Shown piece after piece: positions 7,561-15,330 of a stretch of DNA of 64,000 bases; position 1 is the first letter of the stretch; each line of letters opens with the position of its first letter. Position numbers and translations under genes: made by a program. Under the pieces are notes generated by a model. It ran no database searches, was not told where the DNA came from, and saw nothing but the letters and a program-made list of their open reading frames with translations. The DNA lies in NCBI GenBank assembly GCA_030600585.1, contig JAUVLU010000002.1, positions 2,740 through 66,739 of the forward strand. Direction: 5' to 3'. This stretch comes from Candidatus Cloacimonadota bacterium. GTDB lineage: Bacteria; Cloacimonadota; Cloacimonadia; Cloacimonadales; TCS61.

Positions 7561-9951
7561 TTACCTCATCTCAGCATTGTATGAATTTTTTAATTTCTTA
7601 ATTACTTTTTTGAGAATATTATTAATATATTCATCCGTCAAGGTTTTTGTATCGGAATTAAATACAAGACTAAATGTAAGACTATGAAATCCCTCTTTGA
7701 TATTTTTTCCTGCAAATTCATCGAATAAAACAATTTTGGAAATGCTGTTTCTGCCAACTTTTTGAATTGTTTCAATTATATCTGCATACTTATACTCTTT
7801 TGAGATCACAAAAGAAATATCTCTGAGTACAAGTGGAAATTTTGGGATATTCTCAAAAACAGGATCGTGAAATAGATCCATTGCAAAAATTGCATCAAGA
7901 TCGATATCAAAAACAAATATGGGAATATCAACCTCATATTTGGCTGCAATTTTTGGATCTATCTTACCCAAGCTTGCAATAATTTTTCCGTCTATTACTA
8001 CTGTCGCACCCATTCCGGGCTGATAGAAAGGTTCATCTGATATTTGATATTCACAATTCTCCACCTTTAATTCAGCAAGAATATCTTCCATTATTCCTTT
8101 TACATCATAGAATTCTATCTGCTTGGGTTTATCTTTCCAATAAACAGGATCAAGTTCTCCGCAAAGAAGACCGGAAAGGTGTAGTTTCTCAGTTGCAAGT
8201 TTTTCATCTTTCCTTGTAAAAACTTTTTTCAGTTCAAAAATTCTAATATTTTTCTGTCCGTGATTTATATTATAAAGTGCATTTTTCAGAAGACTCGGTA
8301 ATAACATGGAACGCATAATGGAGAAACTTTCTCCCAATGGATTTTTGAGTTCTGCAAAGTTTCTGCGCCGGTCATCTTTATTAATATTAAATTTATCCAA
8401 ATCATTCGGATCACCAAAATTCCAGTTGATCACCTCTGAGAATCCGTAATTAATAAGTATGTCTTCCACTTTCCTACGTGCATAAAAAACCGGTATATTC
8501 ATAACATTTTGAGATTTTAAAAATGTCGGCACATTATTATAACCGTTAAGGCGGATCACCTCTTCGATCAAATCGATCTCGCGTGTTAAGTCTTTTCTAT
8601 AATAAGGGATCTCAAATTCTAAATTATCTTTCGCTTCTTTTATAAAAATTATTCCCAAAGCTGTAAGATAATCTATGATTTGCTTTGAAGGAATATCTAT
8701 TGAAAGGATCTTCTTAACTCTGGAAGGACGAATTGAAACTTTTCTCAAATCTTTTTTGGAAGGAAATGAATCTAATTTTCCTTTTAAAAGTTCTCCTCCG
8801 GCAATATCAAGGATCAATTTACAAGCTCTCATACTTGTCAGTTCAGCAACTTCATCTGTGATATCCCGTTCAAAACGATAGGAAGAATCCGTTGATATTT
8901 TCATGCGACCGGCTGTCTTCCGAATGGAAGAATATAAGAAGTTAGCTGCTTCAATAACTATATCTGTAGTTTTAGAAGTAATGTGAGAATTCTCTCCACC
9001 GATAACACCGGCAAGTGCAATTGCACGTTCTTCATCTGCAATCACAATATCATCTTTTTTAAGTTTATAAGTTACTTCATCCAAAGCCGGAAATTTTTCA
9101 TTTTCCTTAGCATTACGCACAATTATCTTCTTTCCGTTAATTAGCGAATAATCAAATGCGTGTAGCGGATGACCGAATTCCATCATTACATAATTGGTTA
9201 CATCAACAACATTATTAATTGGTCGTAAACCAACCGAGATCAATTGTTTTTTAAGCCAATCCGGTGATTCTTTAATTTCAACATTTTTTATCATTCTCGC
9301 TGTATATCTTGTGCAAAGTTTGGAAACTTTATTTTCCAAAGAAAGATAATTTTCTATTGGTTCATTGCTTTCATTTAAATTGCTTTCGGGTAAAGTAAGA
9401 GGAAGTTTCAGTAAAGCAGAAAGATCTCTTGCAACACCGATAATTCCGAGCAGATCAGGGCGATTTGGTGTGATTTCCACATCATAACAAGTATCTTCAA
9501 TTCCAAGATAAGAGGCAAGATCTGTCCCGATTGGAGCATCTTTGGGAAGGATCATAATTCCATCATGATCATCAGAAATACCAAGTTCATCTTCAGAGCA
9601 AAGCATTCCAAAAGATACTTCACCACGAAGTTTGGCTTTCTTGATCTTGAAATCTTTTAGTTGTGTTCCTATTCCTGCGAAAGCAACTTTAATATTATTT
9701 TTGCAATTTGGAGATCCACAGATAACCTGCTTAATTTCTGTTCCATCATCTACCTGGCAGATAGAAAGTTTTTCAGCATTCGGATGTTGCTCAAATTTTA
9801 CAACTTGTGCAATTTTGATCTGCCTTAGTTCTTTTCCAAGTTCTTCAACAGCTTCAACCTCGATTCCGGTAAAGGTCATTTTATCTTTTAGCTCTTCTGA
9901 AGAGAGTTTAAGATCAATGTATCTTTTTAACCAATTATAACTTATTTTCAT
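7561..9951 (-). CDS. pheT: Phenylalanine--tRNA ligase beta subunit
   Basis: 796 aa. N-terminal tRNA-binding OB domain (MKISYNWLKRYIDL...), B3/4 and B5 domains, and a C-terminal FDX-ACB domain. Confidence 0.95.
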   Translation of the reverse strand: MKISYNWLKRYIDLKLSSEELKDKMTFTGIEVEAVEELGKELRQIKIAQVVKFEQHPNAEKLSICQVDDGTEIKQVICGSPNCKNNIKVAFAGIGTQLKDFKIKKAKLRGEVSFGMLCSEDELGISDDHDGIMILPKDAPIGTDLASYLGIEDTCYDVEITPNRPDLLGIIGVARDLSALLKLPLTLPESNLNESNEPIENYLSLENKVSKLCTRYTARMIKNVEIKESPDWLKKQLISVGLRPINNVVDVTNYVMMEFGHPLHAFDYSLINGKKIIVRNAKENEKFPALDEVTYKLKKDDIVIADEERAIALAGVIGGENSHITSKTTDIVIEAANFLYSSIRKTAGRMKISTDSSYRFERDITDEVAELTSMRACKLILDIAGGELLKGKLDSFPSKKDLRKVSIRPSRVKKILSIDIPSKQIIDYLTALGIIFIKEAKDNLEFEIPYYRKDLTREIDLIEEVIRLNGYNNVPTFLKSQNVMNIPVFYARRKVEDILINYGFSEVINWNFGDPNDLDKFNINKDDRRRNFAELKNPLGESFSIMRSMLLPSLLKNALYNINHGQKNIRIFELKKVFTRKDEKLATEKLHLSGLLCGELDPVYWKDKPKQIEFYDVKGIMEDILAELKVENCEYQISDEPFYQPGMGATVVIDGKIIASLGKIDPKIAAKYEVDIPIFVFDIDLDAIFAMDLFHDPVFENIPKFPLVLRDISFVISKEYKYADIIETIQKVGRNSISKIVLFDEFAGKNIKEGFHSLTFSLVFNSDTKTLTDEYINNILKKVIKKLKNSYNAEMR

Positions 9952-9978
9952 TTTTTATGACCTAATAATTTATACGAA

Positions 9979-10998
9979 TTAACTAAATTGCTTGAGAAAG
10001 CGAATATCATTTTCAAAAAGCAATCTCATATCCGGAATTTTATATTTCAACATAGCAATTCGGTCCATTCCCAAACCAAATGCATATCCGGTGTATTTCT
10101 CAGAGTCGATTCCCAGTTTTTCTAATACATTTGGATGAACCATTCCAGCTCCACCTAATTCCAACCAACCGCTGCCTTTACAAAGATTGCAGCCTTCTCC
10201 GTAACACTTCACGCAAATAATATCAATTTCTGCGCTTGGCTCGGTGAATGGGAAAAAGTGAGGACGGATCCTGAATTCTATCTTATCTCCAAACATCTTC
10301 TTAACGAAAATATTCAACATATCCCTAAGATCGGTAAAGGAGACACCTTCGTCCACCAGAAGTGCTTCCACCTGATGGAACATTGGGGAATGCGATGCAT
10401 CATTTTCATTCCTATAACAACTTCCCGGAGAGATAATTTTAATGGGAAGCGAATGTTTTTCCATAGTTCTAATTTGAACTGTGGAAGTTTGAGTTCTCAG
10501 AAGAACATCGTCGTCTAAATAAAATGTGTCGGAAAGCTCTCTTGCCGGATGATCTTGCGGTGTATTAAGTGCATCAAAATTATGGAATTCATCTTCAACA
10601 TCGGGTCCTTCTGCAACTTCAAACCCCATTGACATAAAGATATCTTCGATCTCGCGCCATATTTTTGTGATTGGATGCAAACTTCCTTTTGCTCTTTTGC
10701 GTCCCGGCATTGTTAGATCTATTGATTCCGACTTTAATGTTTTATTATAATCAAGCTCTTTGATCTTTTCTTCCTGATCTGCTATCATCTGTATGATCTG
10801 ATTCTTCGCAATATTAAGAGTCTGACCAAAAGCCGGTCTTTCCTCTTTAGACAAAGAACCAATCTTCTGCATGAAATTGTTCAGAATGCTTTTTTTACCG
10901 GCATATTTAGATTTCAATTGCATCAGATCATGCATAGAGTTAGCATTATTAATTTCTGTTTTCGCAGAAATAACAACTTTATTTAATTCTTCTTTCAC
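9979..10998 (-). CDS. pheS: Phenylalanine--tRNA ligase alpha subunit
   Basis: 339 aa. Class II motifs are present (HPARELSDTFYL, FRIRPHFFPFTEPSAE, GLGMDRIAML). Confidence 0.95.
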   Translation of the reverse strand: MKEELNKVVISAKTEINNANSMHDLMQLKSKYAGKKSILNNFMQKIGSLSKEERPAFGQTLNIAKNQIIQMIADQEEKIKELDYNKTLKSESIDLTMPGRKRAKGSLHPITKIWREIEDIFMSMGFEVAEGPDVEDEFHNFDALNTPQDHPARELSDTFYLDDDVLLRTQTSTVQIRTMEKHSLPIKIISPGSCYRNENDASHSPMFHQVEALLVDEGVSFTDLRDMLNIFVKKMFGDKIEFRIRPHFFPFTEPSAEIDIICVKCYGEGCNLCKGSGWLELGGAGMVHPNVLEKLGIDSEKYTGYAFGLGMDRIAMLKYKIPDMRLLFENDIRFLKQFS

Positions 10999-11009
10999 CC
11001 TAATTGACC

Positions 11010-11366
11010 TTATTTATTATGATCTTTTGCTATCTGACAAAGTTTTGTAAAAGCTTCCATATCATTGTAAGCAAGATGAGCAAGTACTTTTCTGTCGATT
11101 TCAACCTCAGCTTTTTTTAATCCGCTTATCAATCTACTATAAGATATTTCGTTAATTCTTGCTGCTGCGTTAATACGCGTGATCCAAAGTTGTCTGAATA
11201 CACGTTTCTTGGTTTTTCTATCTCTATAAGCGTATAGCCAACCTTTTTCTACTGCCTGGCGAGCAGTTCTGTACAATTTACTGCGACCACCTACGTAACC
11301 TTTGGCGGCTTTTAAATATTTCTTTCTTCTATTTTTTGCTGCTACATTATTTGTTGAACGTGGCAT
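11010..11366 (-). CDS. rplT: 50S ribosomal protein L20
   Basis: 118 aa. [35 protein letters not shown]... is canonical L20. Confidence 0.97.
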   Translation of the reverse strand: MPRSTNNVAAKNRRKKYLKAAKGYVGGRSKLYRTARQAVEKGWLYAYRDRKTKKRVFRQLWITRINAAARINEISYSRLISGLKKAEVEIDRKVLAHLAYNDMEAFTKLCQIAKDHNK

Positions 11367-11383
11367 TTTTATCTCCTTCCTTT

Positions 11384-11578
11384 TTAGATACCGAGCATTT
11401 TTTTCATTCTTGCTGTATCATTTGAATTTACAAGACCTGACTTTCTTAAGTTTCTTTTTCTTTTAGATGATTTTTTGGTAAGTATATGACCAGCATAAGC
11501 ATGTGATCTTTTAAGTTTTCCTTTGCCAGTAACTTTAAATCTTTTAGCTACTGCCCTGCGTGTTTTGAGTTTAGGCAT
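11384..11578 (-). CDS. rpmI: 50S ribosomal protein L35
   Basis: 64 aa. [24 protein letters not shown]... is canonical L35. Confidence 0.97.
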   Translation of the reverse strand: MPKLKTRRAVAKRFKVTGKGKLKRSHAYAGHILTKKSSKRKRNLRKSGLVNSNDTARMKKMLGI

Positions 11579-11592
11579 TTTTCCTCCTGAAA

Positions 11593-12186
11593 TTATTCTT
11601 CTATGTTTTCATACTCTTCTAATAAATTATCAATATCCTTCTTTGGTGCGATTATTGTAAAAACAGTTCTACCTTCATTCTTCGGTTTTACTTCAACATC
11701 AACCAGAGGTTTAAGCTCTTCTAATATCCGCTCTAGTAATTTAAAGCCGATATCACGATGAGCAAGCTGTCTTCCTCTAAAACGAACTGTTAATTTTACC
11801 TTGTTGTGCTGACTTAAGAATTTGATAGCATGTACTTTCTTAAAATTGTAGTCATGATCTTCAGTGTTCGGACCGAATTTCACTTCTTTAGTCTGTACAA
11901 TGTGTTGATTCTTCCTTGCTTCACGTAATTTTCTTTCCTTTTTGTAATAATATGTGCCAAAATCCAGAATTTTACATACCGGTGGATTTGCATTTGGTGA
12001 AATTTCTACAAGATCAAGTCCTGCTCTTTCAGCTTCTTGCAATGCTTTTGACATCGGAACAACTCCGACTTGTTTACCTGTTTCAGAAATCAGTCTTACC
12101 GACTGTGCTCTAATCTGACCATTGATTCTTTCTTTAGGTGCAGTAGGCTTTGTTTTAGCCTTACCTCTTCTAATGCGAATAGAAAT
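11593..12186 (-). CDS. infC: Translation initiation factor IF-3, with AUU start codon
   Basis: The ORF-track ATG (12054) truncates the N-domain. The frame stays open upstream to an AUU at 12186-12184, which lies 5 nt after AGGAGG. The added residues ([44 protein letters not shown]) contain the conserved IF3 N-terminal INxQIRAxxVRLI motif. An AUU start is the known autoregulatory feature of infC. Confidence 0.9.
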   Translation of the reverse strand: MSIRIRRGKAKTKPTAPKERINGQIRAQSVRLISETGKQVGVVPMSKALQEAERAGLDLVEISPNANPPVCKILDFGTYYYKKERKLREARKNQHIVQTKEVKFGPNTEDHDYNFKKVHAIKFLSQHNKVKLTVRFRGRQLAHRDIGFKLLERILEELKPLVDVEVKPKNEGRTVFTIIAPKKDIDNLLEEYENIEE

Positions 12187-12210
12187 ATGAACCTCCTTGT
12201 TCTTTCTTTA

Positions 12211-12240
12211 AAATAAAAAAGGGTGGAATAAATCCACCCG
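12211..12240 (-). terminator. Intrinsic terminator hairpin inside the infC operon leader (possible attenuator)
   Basis: On the minus strand, cGGGUGGA-UUUAU-UCCACCC is followed by UUUUUUAUUUU and ends about 15 nt before the infC Shine-Dalgarno. No minus-strand gene lies upstream for more than 600 nt. Confidence 0.5.
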
Positions 12241-12870
12241 CCATTACACATTTATATATAATTTAGCACTTTTATTTTCATAACCTTAACAAGTATCCCA
12301 AATCTAATAGGAACCGTAAGGTAGAAGCGGGTAGCTTCTTTTTTATTAACAAGATACAAAAAAAATTCATCTCTTGATGAGTCAAGTTTTTTATTTTCAT
12401 TTATTTTATAATAACTTATTCAGAAATTCAAAATTAACATAAAGAATTTCTTATAATAAAAGCTTATGAAAAAAAATACTTGTCAATTTGACATAAATAA
12501 TAATATTTATATTTTAATATAATAAAAATGGAAAAAGGAGGCAAAATGGAAAAAATATTTACTTCTACTTTTCTTAAAGTAATTTTTGTATTTACGTATT
12601 TATTATGTGTTGCATGATAAATGAATTGAACAATAAAAATTATCCGACATTACAATATTCAAAGCAAAATATTTATATTTTGGCTTCTTTCAATGAAATA
12701 ATTAGAGAAAAAATAATTACCAAAAATAATGATTTAACATACAATGATCATAATAATGTTAGACTACCGATAATTTCAAAAAAGAAGATAAAATCACAAC
12801 TATTATCAACAGCGTCTATAATCAAATCCCAAAAAGGAAAATAAACAATAAATATCAAAAAAAAAGGAGA

Positions 12871-13161
12871 ATGAAAATGAAAAAGAATCTTAGTTTGATC
12901 GTATTAGTAGCTTTTGTAGTTTCAGTAATCAATGTGTTTGCTATTATCAATAGCAGTAATGACACATCTGTTCAGGCAATTGTAGAAAGCAATATTTGTA
13001 CAGCACAGGGTGATTTTATGCCTGCACCATTTAATGAGATTGATGAAACAATCGTTGAAGAATTATCAATCGAGAAAAATGACTTGATTTGCAGTGCTCA
13101 GGGCGGCGTAAGACCACCACCATGGGATGACGAAGAAGATTACGTACCAAGCGGAAGTTAA
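12871..13161 (+). CDS. Secreted Cys-containing peptide, paralog 1 (unknown family)
   Basis: 96 aa. AAGGAGA RBS, with a likelier start at the second ATG (12877). Signal peptide KKNLSLIVLVAFVVSVINVFA. Internal repeat ICTAQGDFMPAPF / ICSAQGGVRPPPW and an acidic tail DDEEDYVPSGS. Confidence 0.7.
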   Translation: MKMKKNLSLIVLVAFVVSVINVFAIINSSNDTSVQAIVESNICTAQGDFMPAPFNEIDETIVEELSIEKNDLICSAQGGVRPPPWDDEEDYVPSGS

Positions 13162-13179
13162 AAAAAATAATTAAGGAGA

Positions 13180-13461
13180 ATGAAAATGAAAAAGAATCTT
13201 AGTTTGATCGTATTAGTAGCTTTTGTAGTTTCAATAATCAATGTGTTTGCTGTTATCAATAGCAGTAATGACACATCTATCCGGGCAATTGTAGAAAGCA
13301 ATATTTGTACAGCACAGGGTGACTTTATGCCTGCACCATTCGAGGAAGTAATCGTTGAAGAATTATCAATCGAGAAAAATGACCTGATTTGCAGTGCCCA
13401 AGGCGGCGTAAGACCTCCACCATGGGATGACGAAGAAGATTACGTACCAAGCGGAAGTTAA
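13180..13461 (+). CDS. Secreted Cys-containing peptide, paralog 2 (tandem duplicate)
   Basis: 93 aa. Near-identical nucleotide copy of 12871-13161, including the RBS, with one 9-nt indel. All five substitutions in the C-terminal half are synonymous. Confidence 0.7.
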   Translation: MKMKKNLSLIVLVAFVVSIINVFAVINSSNDTSIRAIVESNICTAQGDFMPAPFEEVIVEELSIEKNDLICSAQGGVRPPPWDDEEDYVPSGS

Positions 13462-13493
13462 AAAAAAATAATTGATATAAGCATATATTTTTT

Positions 13494-14165
13494 ATGATAA
13501 CTTTTATACAGCAGTATGGAGTAGTAATATTGCATCCAATTGTGTTAATATGTTGGTTTTTGGTTTACAAAAATAAATCAGGAGATTCACAATTAACTAA
13601 TTTCAGCATTAAAATGATGATGATATTCCTTCTGATATTTATTATATGGGATTTTATTGCACTTCTATTTTCAGATAATGTTAGTTTGGCGAGAAATATA
13701 TATCTTTTCTTCTGGGTAATAATAACCATTTATGAATTCTTCGTTATTCTTAAAGCTCTTTTTATCTCGTTAAGTTTTGGAAAAAGTCAGAATAAAATAC
13801 TATTAATCATTTTATTCATATTATCCATTCCTGTGATATTAGCAGCAATATTATCTCATACAAAAAGAACTTATAATCCAATAAACACAACTGATTTTTA
13901 TAATATGATCTTATTGTTATTTGGAACCGTTCTTATATTAAGGAATATATTATCTACCGGATTTTTCGTTGATAATATTGAATCTTTCTTTATTTATACG
14001 GGGTTTGCTTTATACTTTGGATTGCATATTCTTGCGAGTAATACAGTCTCAATAAATTTCCGATATTATTGGTTCTTCGCACAATATGCAACATTGATCA
14101 GTTTAATTTATTGGATGGGGAGCGTATTTTTTATATGGAAAATCAAATCCAAGCATTTGTTTTAA
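13494..14165 (+). CDS. Polytopic membrane protein (6-7 TM), possible sensor module of the downstream HD-GYP protein
   Basis: 223 aa, almost entirely hydrophobic helices. Its 3' end overlaps the next ORF, which is in the -1 frame. Confidence 0.55.
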   Translation: MITFIQQYGVVILHPIVLICWFLVYKNKSGDSQLTNFSIKMMMIFLLIFIIWDFIALLFSDNVSLARNIYLFFWVIITIYEFFVILKALFISLSFGKSQNKILLIILFILSIPVILAAILSHTKRTYNPINTTDFYNMILLLFGTVLILRNILSTGFFVDNIESFFIYTGFALYFGLHILASNTVSINFRYYWFFAQYATLISLIYWMGSVFFIWKIKSKHLF

Positions 14166-15316
14166 TCTCTTCGATTTCTTTAGCACTTTTCATTTTGATC
14201 GGAGTTTATCTAATTATTCGGTTAAAATTGAATGATATTCTACTTAAAAAATCAGAGGAGAAGCTCAAGAACTTTAATGAAACACTTCAATATATGGTAG
14301 CGGAAAAGACCGAAGAAGTACAGAAGTCAGAAAAAAAATTCCGTAATCTTTACGAATTAAATAAAGAAGTTCTGGAAAACTCACCCGCAGGTATCATTAA
14401 ATTGAATCGGAAACATGAAATAGATTACATGAATCAGGAAAGTTTATTGTTGTTGTCACCTGGTGATGATGAAAACACAAATGATCTGATTGGACAATTA
14501 ATATCACGAATCCCGCAATTTAATAGATCCGGTTGGGCAAGCCTTTTCAACCAATTGAAGAAAGGCAATGAAATTGAAGGTGAAGAAACATTTTCTAATG
14601 AAAGTAAAAAAGCTATTGTTAAGATCAAAGGTGTACCCATTCTTGAGGAAAGAATATATTCTGGTTCCGTGCTTCTTCTAAATGACAATACTGAGAGTAT
14701 TCTAGCAGAAGAAAAATTAAGACGCAGCTTTAGAATGCTGCAAAAATCAACTGAAGATATTATTCAGGCAATGTCTTATACATCCGAGATCAGAGATCCT
14801 TACACTGCCGGTCATCAGAAAAAAGTATGTGAACTGGCAGAAGCTATCGGTAAAGAAATGAATATCACGGAAGAACAATTGCAAGGAGTAAAATTCGCTG
14901 CAATGATACATGATATCGGCAAAATTTCTGTCCCTTCGGATATATTATCAAAACCAGGAAAGATTGGAGTTACAGAATTTGAAGTTGTAAAAAGTCATAG
15001 TCAAACAGGATATGAACTTCTTGATAAGATCAATTTTCCGTGGCCAATTTCAGATATTGTACATCAGCATCATGAAAGGTTAGATGGAAGTGGATATCCG
15101 AACGGACTCAAAGAAAATGATATCCTTCTTGAAGCTAAGATAATTGCAGTTGCCGACACAGTGGAAGCAATGACATCACATCGGCCCTATAGACCTGCTC
15201 TGGGAATAAAAATAGCTCTTGAAGAAATTACCACTAACAGAGGTAAGTATTTCGATTCTAACGTAGTTGATGCATGTACTAGTATCTTTGATAATGGCTT
15301 CCAATTTTCAACTTAA
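14135..15316 (+). CDS. TM / coiled-coil / PAS-like / HD-GYP domain protein (c-di-GMP phosphodiesterase family)
   Basis: The ATG at 14135 begins a TM helix (ISSISLALFILIGVYLII). C-terminal motifs HDIGKISVP and HQHHERLDGSGYPNGL define HD-GYP. Confidence 0.8.
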   Translation: MENQIQAFVLISSISLALFILIGVYLIIRLKLNDILLKKSEEKLKNFNETLQYMVAEKTEEVQKSEKKFRNLYELNKEVLENSPAGIIKLNRKHEIDYMNQESLLLLSPGDDENTNDLIGQLISRIPQFNRSGWASLFNQLKKGNEIEGEETFSNESKKAIVKIKGVPILEERIYSGSVLLLNDNTESILAEEKLRRSFRMLQKSTEDIIQAMSYTSEIRDPYTAGHQKKVCELAEAIGKEMNITEEQLQGVKFAAMIHDIGKISVPSDILSKPGKIGVTEFEVVKSHSQTGYELLDKINFPWPISDIVHQHHERLDGSGYPNGLKENDILLEAKIIAVADTVEAMTSHRPYRPALGIKIALEEITTNRGKYFDSNVVDACTSIFDNGFQFST

Positions 15317-15330
15317 ATAAAGGACATTGT

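Noticed and set aside
12605-12844. 79-aa ORF upstream of the peptide genes
   Set aside because: It is an extremely AT-rich, low-complexity translation with no Shine-Dalgarno and no recognisable features. It is probably promoter or leader DNA, but I could not exclude it completely.
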